64,000 nucleotides of DNA, taken from the NCBI GenBank assembly GCA_049325415.1, contig JBMOLL010000053.1:3684-67683 (forward strand), in the 5' to 3' direction. Source of the DNA: Bacteroidota bacterium. Its GTDB lineage: Bacteria; Bacteroidota; Bacteroidia; Bacteroidales; GCA-2748055. The notes beneath the pieces are model-generated. The model was not told the origin of the DNA. It saw only the letters and a list, made by a program, of their open reading frames with translations, and ran no database searches. This document shows, in pieces, positions 53,765 to 62,637 of this stretch (the first letter of the stretch is position 1; each line of letters begins with the position of its first letter). The position numbers and the translations under genes were made by a program.

Positions 53765-54166
53765 ATCCGGAAGAAAAAGGTGAATATATCCGTTACAGGC
53801 TGGGGACATCAAAAAAGACTTACGAAGCAGCAAAGGTCCTGGCCGAAAACGGCTACTGGAATTCCTCAGTCAACCGCCTATATTACGCAGTTTTTTATTC
53901 CGTAAGTGCGCTGTTATATTTGTACGACATCCCGGCTAAAAAGCATTCAACTTTAAAAAGCCAGTTTTCCCTTCATTTTATTAAGACCGGAATATTTGAT
54001 AAAAAAATACGGACAGCTGCTTTCGGAGCTTTTCGATTGGCGTCTGAAGGGCGATTATGAGAATATTTTTGATTATGATGCAGAATCAGTTAAACCCCTT
54101 TTTGAGCCAGTAGAAGAAATGCTCAACCTGATTGAAAGTACCGTGAGCGATAAACTTTATCGATAG
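53761..54166 (+). pseudogene. HEPN domain protein, frameshifted in an A7 run
   Basis: Frame 1 runs 53761-54060 and reads ...FIKTGIFDKK then nonsense. The +1 frame from 54008 reads YGQLLSELFDWRLKGDYENIFDYDAESVKPLFEPVEEMLNLIESTVSDKLYR* with stop at 54164-54166. That segment carries the HEPN R-x4-DY region. Removing one A from 54001-54007 restores a single ~134-aa ORF. Confidence 0.75.
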
Positions 54167-54312
54167 AATTTTCAAAGTTCCTTGAAACCAAATTTAGATT
54201 AGTACGATTACGTTTTCTAATTCTGCGATCCGCAAGCAGGTCGCTATCCCCCTTATCCCCCTAAAAAACATTTTTCGCCCTTCATTGTTAATACTTCCAA
54301 ATAACCTGCCTT

Positions 54313-54669
54313 ATGATTGAATTCCTTACCGCCGAGACCTTCCGTCAGAAAGTGTTTGATTACGAGAATAACAGTGAATGGAAGTTCGAAGGTGAGCTTC
54401 CCTGCCTGATCGACTTCTATGCCGACTGGTGTGGCCCATGCAAAATGGTGGCTCCTATCCTTGAAGAACTTGCCGGGGAATACAGCGGCAAAATGAACAT
54501 CTACAAGGTCGATACCGAGGACCAGCAGGAACTGGCTGCCATTTTCGGTATCCAGAGCATTCCCTCCCTGCTTTTTGTCCCTGTGGGGGATCAGCCGCAG
54601 ATGGCCATGGGTGCACTTCCCAAAGAGACCTTTGTAAGGGCCTTCCGGGAAATCCTGGGAGTGGAATAG
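54313..54669 (+). CDS. trxA: thioredoxin
   Basis: 118 aa with the WCGPCK active site in the usual context (DFYADWCGPCKMVAPILEEL). Confidence 0.85.
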   Translation: MIEFLTAETFRQKVFDYENNSEWKFEGELPCLIDFYADWCGPCKMVAPILEELAGEYSGKMNIYKVDTEDQQELAAIFGIQSIPSLLFVPVGDQPQMAMGALPKETFVRAFREILGVE

Positions 54670-54982
54670 CTTTCCCCAGTCGCTTCATGCTTCTTTTTCT
54701 GAACCCGACGCTATACGGCCTGTTTCCGGCAAAAATGCCGTGCGTCTTCCTCCCAAAAACCCTTTTGCGGATGAAGAGGCGTTTTGCCTGTGAATAATTT
54801 TGGATAATAAGCTGTTAAGCGCTCTACAGCTTGCTTTTATCCGCCATACTTGTTAACTTCAGACTCATTTTTCAGGCCAGATAACTTTTTCCCGGTCCCT
54901 TTACCTATATCCGGAATAGAATGGATTTTTCAGGGGATACACGTGAGGACGGGTTAAGAGGCCTGAGCTTAACAGTTTCACA

Positions 54983-56056
54983 ATGAGTCATACCGATCTT
55001 ACAGAATACGGCTATAACAGCCAGATCGCACGTCTCTGGCAGGAACACGGGGCTGAAGGCTTCGAACCGGGCCGGGTCCTTGCCGAGCACAGAGAAAGGT
55101 ACCGGGTCATTACAGCACAGGGCGAACTGGATGCGGAGATCACCGGCAACATGCGTTATACTGCTTCGGACCGCAGCACTTTTCCTGCCGTGGGCGACTG
55201 GGTTGTACTGATGGTCTATGACGGCGGATCGGCCCTCATCCATAAAGTACTGCCCCGGACCAGCCTCCTTTCAAGACAGGCTGTCGGCCGCCAGGGCGAG
55301 ATCCAGGTAATTGCCGCCAATATCGACCTGGCTTTCCTGGTCCAGTCGGCCGACCGCGATTTCAATATCAACCGTCTCGAACGCTACCTCACGATCTGCC
55401 ATTCCTCCGGCATCCGGCCGGTGATCGTACTCACCAAAACAGACCTTTTGAGTCCGGGGGAATTACCGGAGCTGATAAACAGGCTGGAACGGCGTATAAG
55501 CCAGGTGCCGGTGCTGGCGGTAAGTAATGTAAGCGGAGAAGGTCTCGACCTCCTGGCCGCTTATCTGCAAAAAGGCCAGACCTGCTGTCTCCTGGGCTCC
55601 TCCGGCGCGGGCAAGTCGACCCTGCTGAACCGGCTCTCGGGCCGGGAAGTCATGAAGACCGACAGCATCAGTGCCAGCACCCTGAAAGGAAGACATACCA
55701 CCACCCATCGTGAGCTGATCGTGCTGGAGAGCGGGGCCCTGCTCATCGACAACCCGGGGATGAAGGAAGTGGGGATCGCCGACCAGGGTGAAGGCCTCGA
55801 CATCACCTTCGATCAACTGCTGCGCCTTGCGGAAAGCTGCAGGTACCAGAACTGCACCCATACCGGTGAGGCCGGCTGCGCGGTAAGGGAAGCCGTTGAA
55901 AACGGTGAACTCGACAGCGCATCTTACGAAAACTACCTCCGGATGGAACGCGAAAAGGCTCATTTCGAGGCGACCCTTGCCGAGAGAAGGCAAAAAGATA
56001 AGGATTTCGGAAAGATGATGAAGAACTACAAGAAAGACATCAGGAAAAACACATAA
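54983..56056 (+). CDS. rsgA: ribosome small subunit-dependent GTPase A
   Basis: 357 aa. An OB-fold N-terminus is followed by circularly permuted GTPase motifs (VLTKTDL, then GSSGAGKSTLLNRL). The zinc motif is CRYQNCTHTGEAGCAV. Confidence 0.9.
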   Translation: MSHTDLTEYGYNSQIARLWQEHGAEGFEPGRVLAEHRERYRVITAQGELDAEITGNMRYTASDRSTFPAVGDWVVLMVYDGGSALIHKVLPRTSLLSRQAVGRQGEIQVIAANIDLAFLVQSADRDFNINRLERYLTICHSSGIRPVIVLTKTDLLSPGELPELINRLERRISQVPVLAVSNVSGEGLDLLAAYLQKGQTCCLLGSSGAGKSTLLNRLSGREVMKTDSISASTLKGRHTTTHRELIVLESGALLIDNPGMKEVGIADQGEGLDITFDQLLRLAESCRYQNCTHTGEAGCAVREAVENGELDSASYENYLRMEREKAHFEATLAERRQKDKDFGKMMKNYKKDIRKNT

Positions 56057-56066
56057 TGGTATAGTC

Positions 56067-57293
56067 ATGAAGAAATTTATCCTGCTCTTTGGGGTCTGTA
56101 TCCCGGTCTTTGGTTTTGCACAGCATAATGAAGCCGATTCACTGCTTCAACTTGGGAAGGAAGAGTTTAACAAGCCCTACACGGAACAGAATCACCGGCA
56201 ATCTGCAGCCTATCTTGAGCAGGCTGTTCAACTTGACCCGTTAAACGCCGAAGCGCATTACTTTCTTGCATACGCCTACAGCAGGATCAATTCTGCCGAT
56301 GGTGGCGGGATTGCAGACATGAACATCTCACTAACCCTGAAATGCAGTGAGCAATTTGAGATAGTGAACCGTTTGGAGCCGGAGTACAAAGGTGAACAGC
56401 TCGTACTTGATCCCTATTCGAAACTGAGTGCAGAGTGGTCGTCACAGGCGCTTTGCTATCTTTATAACGACAAAGCCGATTCTGCTTTCTGGGCTTTTAA
56501 ACAGGGTCGCCAAAGGGGAGGATTCAGCGATTTTTCCCTGTGCATTAACAGGAAGGTGCTTGATCTATGCCCACAAAATGCGATTCTTGTATCCTCGGGG
56601 GATAATTTCACGCTTATCCTCTTGTATCTTCAGGTGATGGAAAATTACCGGACCGATGTGAGCGTCATTGATGTCAGTCTGCTGGATTCCGAATGGTATC
56701 CTGATTTTCTGCTACGGAAGCAGGGCCTGAACTTCGGAATACCCGAAGATTCGGTACACAGCATGTCGTACAGCTATTGGTCTGATACACCGGTGAGCAT
56801 TGAATATGCACCGGGCCGCGATTTTTCCTGGGTTGTTGGTCCCAGTTACTACGATGCTTATCTGCTCCGGAGTGACCGGCTCCTTCTCAGCCTGCTGACA
56901 GCGAATGGTTTTTCGCGTGAGGTGTGTTTTACCACTGCCTTTAACCGGGAGTCTATGCTGGGACTATGGAACTATACGGAACACAGGGTGCTGGTCGACA
57001 GGGTGAACTATGATCAGCGTCCTGCTCCGGGTAACGAAGAATTCCTCGATCTTGTATACGGGGTGCTGAATTGCCTGCCAGCCCTGAATCCAGCCTGCCA
57101 GGGAGAGAAAGATTTTATCGATTATATCAGGTACAGCATCTTTCTCAGGGTCTTCGACGGGATCCAAAACGGCGATACCGATCATGCAAGGGAGCTGTTG
57201 CAACTGGTGGAGGATCGTCTGAATCCGCAAACGGAACCCTATCGTTCGGAATCAGGCATGGAATATCTTGAATATCTCAGAAATATGCTCTGA
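56067..57293 (+). CDS. hypothetical secreted protein with N-terminal TPR-like region
   Basis: 408 aa with signal peptide MKKFILLFGVCIPVFGFAQ. TPR-like helices are present near the N-terminus. Confidence 0.55.
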   Translation: MKKFILLFGVCIPVFGFAQHNEADSLLQLGKEEFNKPYTEQNHRQSAAYLEQAVQLDPLNAEAHYFLAYAYSRINSADGGGIADMNISLTLKCSEQFEIVNRLEPEYKGEQLVLDPYSKLSAEWSSQALCYLYNDKADSAFWAFKQGRQRGGFSDFSLCINRKVLDLCPQNAILVSSGDNFTLILLYLQVMENYRTDVSVIDVSLLDSEWYPDFLLRKQGLNFGIPEDSVHSMSYSYWSDTPVSIEYAPGRDFSWVVGPSYYDAYLLRSDRLLLSLLTANGFSREVCFTTAFNRESMLGLWNYTEHRVLVDRVNYDQRPAPGNEEFLDLVYGVLNCLPALNPACQGEKDFIDYIRYSIFLRVFDGIQNGDTDHARELLQLVEDRLNPQTEPYRSESGMEYLEYLRNML

Positions 57294-57419
57294 ATTATCT
57301 AATAAAGGATAAGGCCAGAAATTCCGCTGCAGTCAGTGTTTCAGGGAAAAGTAACAGCGAAAACCGGATCCATATCCTCTACTTTCCCCGGAGACATTCT
57401 TCTCTTCCGGCTCGCGTAA

Positions 57420-58055
57420 TCCTTTACAATTTACCGATATCTGGCCCTTCGACAGGCCCTTCGATCCCGATGGCTATGGGGACAGGGACCACTCAGGGGA
57501 CAACCCGTCACCCGTCCCGGGTTTCCAAAAGCTACGCTTTATCAGAAACCCGAGGATCCTCGAAAAACTACCAAAGAAAAATTTGTTGTTTTTCGGGATA
57601 ACCCGTCACCCGTCTCGCGTTTCGCCCCTCTCCATGTGGAGAAGGGGTTGGGGTGAGGAATGATACATGAAAAATGTGTTTTTTTCGGTATTATCTTTCC
57701 ACTTCCTGTATGCCCCCGCCCTCCTGTCCCTCCCCCGCCTCGCCTTCGTGAAACTACGGCGGAGCAAGGGGTGGGAGGGATGTTTGTTCCTTCATCTGAC
57801 TGTCAATAATGCTGGAGGCTGAGTTGGTTGTTCTGCCGGTGTCAGCCCCCGCCCTCCTGTCCCTCCCCCGCCTCGCCTTTTCATAGCTACGGCTGAATAG
57901 AACTCGCCTTCGCGAAGCTACGGACGCTTACGCTATAGCTTCAGCGGCAGCGTGCGGAGCAAGGGGTGGGAGGGATGTTTGTAACTGCATCTGACTGGCA
58001 ATATTACATAAGGCTTAGATGATCATTCTGCCGGTGTCAGCCCCCGCCCTCCTCC
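57420..58055. repeat. composite intergenic repeat block (R2 inverted copy + three R1 copies)
   Basis: 57420-57605 is the reverse complement of modules at 27886-28200. 57623-57828 is the reverse complement of 48905-49111. A further R1 copy with two 31-nt insertions lies at 57836-57985. A truncated copy lies at 58004-58055. Confidence 0.9.
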
Positions 58056-58129
58056 GCTTTTCACTCAAAGAGAAAATCACTACTTTTACTGTCAGGGCAA
58101 CGAACTCCCCGGAGGAATAAACGAGGCTT

Positions 58130-59767
58130 ATGAAGAAACTTCTTATGATCACCGCAGCTGCAGCCATGCTCTTCACCGCCTGCAAAAACAAAAAAACCAT
58201 GACAGACCTGATCATCAGGAACGCCACTATTTACACGGCCGACAGTGTCTTCAGCACAGCCGGGGCAATGGCCGTGAAGGACGGAAAGATCCTCGCTATC
58301 GGAAGCGACCGGGATATACTGCGTGCATATCATGCGAAAAGGATCATCGATCTGAAAGGGAAATTTGTCTACCCGGGCCTTATTGATGCCCACTGCCATT
58401 TTTACGGCTATGGCCTCACGCTGAGCGAAGCCGATCTGAGCGGTTCTCTCTCCCCCGAAGAAGTGGTGGAAAGGCTGAAAAAGCATGCCGGTCCTGACGA
58501 CCAGGACTGGATCACCGGCAGGGGCTGGGATCAGAACCTCTGGCCCGGAAAGGAATACCCCGGCCTGGAACTGCTCGATTCCATCTTTCCCGACAGGCCG
58601 GTCTTCCTGCGCCGAATCGACGGACATGCCGCCTGGGTCAACAGTGAGGCGCTGCGCAGGGCAGGCGTCACCCCGTCCACGAAGGTGGAAGGCGGGACCT
58701 TCATGAAAAAGAATGGCCGGCTTACCGGCATTCTCATCGACAATGCGGTGGATTTTATCGGCGACCGGGTTCCGCCGCCTTCACAACGACAGACGGAAGA
58801 GGCCCTGACACAAGCGGAAAGGAACTGTTTTGCCGTGGGCCTCACCATGGTCGGGGATGCCGGCCTTCCCTACGGGATCGTAACACTGATGGACAGCCTG
58901 CAGATCTCGGGACGTTTGAAGATCCGCATTGCTGCCATGCTCACTCCTAACGACGATAACATGGCAGGCTTCGTACTTAAAGGCCCCTACCATACCGACC
59001 GGCTGACCGTACGGACCATCAAGCTTTACGCCGACGGAGCCCTGGGCTCCCGTGGGGCAAAGATGAAACAGCCTTACAGCGATGACCCGGGCAACAGCGG
59101 TCTCTGGCTGACCGAGGCTGGCCGGATGGAAAAGATCTGCCGGATCGCCCGGCAAAACGGGTACCAGGTGGCCACGCACTGTATCGGCGACGAGGCCAAC
59201 AAGGCGGTGCTCGATCTGTATGCCTCCATCCTGGAAGGGCCGAACGATCTTCGCTGGCGGATCGAACATGCACAGATCGTTGATCCGCAGGACATGGACC
59301 TTTTCGGAAAATACAATATCATCCCCTCTGTGCAGACAACCCATGCCACCAGCGATATGGGCTGGGCAGAGGAAAGGATCGGTCCGGAAAGGATGAAGGG
59401 CGCCTACGCTTACCATGACCTGCTGATGCAGAACGGCTGGCTTCCGAACGGGAGCGATTTCCCGGTGGAGGATATCAACCCGTTGTATGGCTTCTACGCG
59501 GCCGTTGCCCGGAAAGACAGGGCAGGAAATCCCGGGGCAGGTTTCCTACCGGAGAATGCCCTGAGCAGGGAAGAAGCACTGAGAGCCATGACGATCTGGG
59601 CTGCTATGGCTTCATTTGACGAAGACAGCCGCGGCAGCCTCGAAGCAGGGAAATGGGCCGACTTTATTGTCACCGGGGAGGACCTGATGACGGCACCTGA
59701 ATCTGAACTGCCCGGGATCAGGGTATTACAGACCTGGGTACAGGGGGAGCAGGTATATGGAGAATAA
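58130..59767 (+). CDS. amidohydrolase family protein (Amidohydro_3 type), exported
   Basis: 545 aa. Metal-binding motif YPGLIDAHCHF. Later HCIGD and the HA..D region. Lipoprotein-like N-terminus (AAAMLFTACKN). Confidence 0.8.
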   Translation: MKKLLMITAAAAMLFTACKNKKTMTDLIIRNATIYTADSVFSTAGAMAVKDGKILAIGSDRDILRAYHAKRIIDLKGKFVYPGLIDAHCHFYGYGLTLSEADLSGSLSPEEVVERLKKHAGPDDQDWITGRGWDQNLWPGKEYPGLELLDSIFPDRPVFLRRIDGHAAWVNSEALRRAGVTPSTKVEGGTFMKKNGRLTGILIDNAVDFIGDRVPPPSQRQTEEALTQAERNCFAVGLTMVGDAGLPYGIVTLMDSLQISGRLKIRIAAMLTPNDDNMAGFVLKGPYHTDRLTVRTIKLYADGALGSRGAKMKQPYSDDPGNSGLWLTEAGRMEKICRIARQNGYQVATHCIGDEANKAVLDLYASILEGPNDLRWRIEHAQIVDPQDMDLFGKYNIIPSVQTTHATSDMGWAEERIGPERMKGAYAYHDLLMQNGWLPNGSDFPVEDINPLYGFYAAVARKDRAGNPGAGFLPENALSREEALRAMTIWAAMASFDEDSRGSLEAGKWADFIVTGEDLMTAPESELPGIRVLQTWVQGEQVYGE

Positions 59768-60290
59768 CGAACTGTCGTTCCGGCTTGCGGTTCCCGGCGA
59801 CCTGGAAGCGCTCATGGAGTTGTACCGCAGCTGCACGCTGGTGATGAACCGTATGGGATTCTTCAACTGGCACGAGGGCTATCCCGATCAGGAAACCGTA
59901 AAAAAAGACATAAAGGACAGGAGCCTGCATCTGTGCCCCGGTGAGGGCAGGCTGCTTGGCGCGGTCACACTGAATGAAGATGAGCCCCCCGAATATTCAG
60001 GGCTGAGCTGGATCCCGGTGAAGGGAAAGATCATGGTAGTTCACCGACTTGCGGTATCCCCCGATTTTCAGCGCAGGGGGATCGCCGGCCGGATCATGGA
60101 ATACGCTGAGCAGACAACCCAACAATTACAGGTCCATTCGATACATATGGATGTCTATTCCATCAATGTACCGGCAAGAAACCTGTACCGGAAACTGGGG
60201 TACCGGGAGCTGGAAGATTTTTATTTCCCGGGATTCGAAATCCCTTTTACAGGCCTGGAGAAATGCCTGATCAGCGGATCACAAAAGTGA
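59757..60290 (+). CDS. GNAT family N-acetyltransferase
   Basis: 177 aa. The acetyl-CoA motif is LAVSPDFQRRGIAGRIMEYAE (Q/R-x-x-G-x-A). It overlaps the upstream stop by 11 nt. Confidence 0.8.
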   Translation: MENNELSFRLAVPGDLEALMELYRSCTLVMNRMGFFNWHEGYPDQETVKKDIKDRSLHLCPGEGRLLGAVTLNEDEPPEYSGLSWIPVKGKIMVVHRLAVSPDFQRRGIAGRIMEYAEQTTQQLQVHSIHMDVYSINVPARNLYRKLGYRELEDFYFPGFEIPFTGLEKCLISGSQK

Positions 60291-60831
60291 TACCTGCAGC
60301 GATGATGTCCCAGGACATTTCCGAAACGGGGAGGTCATATTCCAGGTAAAAATAAACCCTGTCATCCGCATTGTAGCCTATATTCAGCGGCAGCCAGAAC
60401 ATCCGGTCCATATCGGGATTAAAACTCAGATCGAAATCGAGTCCCGCGGCCAGGTTCAGCGAATGGCTCACCGTATAGGTATAAACACCGGTGAGGTCAA
60501 AACCCAGATCATAAAAGTAATGCAAACCCGTTGAGAGCGTGAAATACTGACGGCGCATTTCACGGAAGAGCCATTTCACATCGGCACCGAAATAATCGGG
60601 GCCATTGGGGAACCAGCCATAGCGCGCACTTACATCCACACTGTACTTAATGGGAACGCCGCCGTTTATAAAAATACCCGGACCCTCATCCATATTGAAT
60701 TTGCCACCATTCAATGTAGGCGAAACACCAATACTCCAGGATCGGAGGGGAAGGGTTTTTGGATAACTAACTGCCTGGGAATGAGCCAGCACAGGTATTA
60801 TAACCAGCAACAGGACCAGGATTCTTTTCAT
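60271..60831 (-). CDS. small outer-membrane beta-barrel protein, putative
   Basis: 186 aa with a signal peptide, an alternating aromatic/Gly beta-strand pattern and a C-terminal ...GITFVIR. Confidence 0.55.
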   Translation of the reverse strand: MKRILVLLLVIIPVLAHSQAVSYPKTLPLRSWSIGVSPTLNGGKFNMDEGPGIFINGGVPIKYSVDVSARYGWFPNGPDYFGADVKWLFREMRRQYFTLSTGLHYFYDLGFDLTGVYTYTVSHSLNLAAGLDFDLSFNPDMDRMFWLPLNIGYNADDRVYFYLEYDLPVSEMSWDIIAAGITFVIR

Positions 60832-61226
60832 CAGAATTCAAATAAAAGCTTTTGTACCAGGGTGTTTCCCGACGGGAAATTTCATTGCAATATAAAAATA
60901 AATTCGGATGCCTGTATAAAAGTTATTAAACGCCGGCCTGGGTATAAACCGCACACCCGGGAATCCCAATCCATCGGCCTGATCCGGGTTAAATGACTTC
61001 CAGATGAATACTCCAATAATACAGAGTCAGGTAGCTTAAGTCTCCCTGTTTTTCCCTGAGGCCGTAGGTCTCAGACAGGATAACCGGGGTCCCATCCCCG
61101 GATCATAATGCGTGCAAAGCCTCCTTCTTTTTCCGACCCCGAAGGCGGTCGCACAGTGCTGCAAATCAAAGACAAAAATATTTCACCCGCCACCGGTCCT
61201 GCAGCCCGCAACAAATAATTCTGTCG

Positions 61227-61262
61227 AAAAAAAAAAGAGGCTGTCCTTTCAGAACAGCCTCC
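61227..61262 (-). terminator. intrinsic terminator after the TolC-family gene
   Basis: The minus strand reads GAGGCTGT-tctgaaagg-ACAGCCTC followed by a T10 run (A-run 61227-61236 on the plus strand). It lies 23 nt after the stop at 61285. Confidence 0.8.
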
Positions 61263-61284
61263 TTATTCAAAACAATATGGATAG

Positions 61285-62637
61285 TTATAGGGTAATTTCC
61301 CTGCCCTGGTAGTAATCCAGGATCTTGGTATAGAATATAAACACGTAACGTGAAGTGACCATCTGCGACCGGGATTCGAACAATTTATTCCGGGCCTCTT
61401 CCAGTTCAAGGGCATTGGCGAGTCCGACCTTATATTTCTCCTCAGCATAGTTAAAAGCCTCCTCGCTGCTGGTCACCAGTTCAACGGCAGCCAGGTAATT
61501 GTCCCGTGCGGCAAGCGCTTCGGTGTAGTATTGCTGGATCTCCTTCAGGGTGTTCTGTTTTTCATTCTGCAGCATGTAATCTGCATCCTGGTAAGTGATC
61601 CTGGCCTTGCTGATGGAGGTTTGCGTCTGCCACCTGTTGAAAAACGGGAAGGACACTCCCACCGAGACCTGCCTGTACTGGTTGTCGGTGATCTGGCTGA
61701 ATAAGGGATAATCGTAGGTCCCGTCGATCGGATTCGGGAGTTTGTTACTGTAGTTGGTGTAATACAGGCCCCTCACATAAAGCGACGGTGACCTCTTCCC
61801 CTGCTGCACGGCAAGATTCTTTTTCCGGGCTTCCACATAATACTCTGCGCTTTTGATACTCGGAAGCTCTGTGAGTGCCGTGGCATAGACTTCGTTCAGG
61901 CCGGGTACGAGCAGTTCATCGGGTGTCTGAAGATCCGGGTGTACAATGTCGAAGGTATCGCTCAGGGGCAGGTTCATTAACTGGATAAGGGTGAGCCTGG
62001 CCGTCCTGACATCATTCCTTGCGCGGGTAAGATTCAGTTTTTCGTTGGAATACTGCGACCTGACCGTCAGCAATTCACCGGGGGAGACGGTCCCCAGGTC
62101 GGCCATCCGCTGGATGCGCTCCACTTGCAGGGCAACAACCTCAACCTTTTTTGCAGCAATGTCCTCCAGTTCGCTTTTCCTGAGTACTTCCAGGTAGCCC
62201 GTCATTACCTGGAGGGTGATATTATCCCTGAAGGTTTCCAGATCGGCCTGGCTCTTCATGTAATTGGCCTTCTCCATCTGTATGGAATTCAGGCCCTGCA
62301 AGCCGTTGAAAAGGCTGAAAGTACTCTGCACCCCCATATCCCCCTGGCTAACCGTGGTATTGTACCATTCGTAGGTTCCCCTGTCGAGCACACGTCCGGA
62401 GCCCAGCTGGTGTTCGATGGCCCCGTTCAGGTCGGGCAGCACATTCATTTTACTTTGCACCAGGTCTTTCTGCGAAAGCTGGGTATTCAGTTCCTGACGT
62501 TTTACCCCGATGTTATGATCCAGGGCATAGTCGATGCAGTTCTGCAGGGTCCATTCCCCCTCCTGAGCCTGTAAAAGAGAGAAGGAGAGTGAAAGCAGGA
62601 CCAGGCTTTGCAGGGATTTCTTCAGTGCGCCCATCAC
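61285..62637 (-). CDS. TolC family outer membrane efflux protein
   Basis: 450 aa with a signal peptide. Two OEP-type repeats with long coiled-coil heptads. The start overlaps the adaptor stop by 4 nt. Confidence 0.85.
   Translation of the reverse strand: MMGALKKSLQSLVLLSLSFSLLQAQEGEWTLQNCIDYALDHNIGVKRQELNTQLSQKDLVQSKMNVLPDLNGAIEHQLGSGRVLDRGTYEWYNTTVSQGDMGVQSTFSLFNGLQGLNSIQMEKANYMKSQADLETFRDNITLQVMTGYLEVLRKSELEDIAAKKVEVVALQVERIQRMADLGTVSPGELLTVRSQYSNEKLNLTRARNDVRTARLTLIQLMNLPLSDTFDIVHPDLQTPDELLVPGLNEVYATALTELPSIKSAEYYVEARKKNLAVQQGKRSPSLYVRGLYYTNYSNKLPNPIDGTYDYPLFSQITDNQYRQVSVGVSFPFFNRWQTQTSISKARITYQDADYMLQNEKQNTLKEIQQYYTEALAARDNYLAAVELVTSSEEAFNYAEEKYKVGLANALELEEARNKLFESRSQMVTSRYVFIFYTKILDYYQGREITL

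Noticed and set aside
60832-61226. Roughly 400-nt intergenic region with several hairpins (CTGAGGCCGTAGGTCTCAG, CCGGGGTCCCATCCCCGG) as a possible small RNA or riboswitch
   Set aside because: I could not match it to any RNA family I know, including SRP, 6S, tmRNA, RNase P and common riboswitches. It also has to contain the promoter of 60271-60831. A cmscan against Rfam would settle the question.
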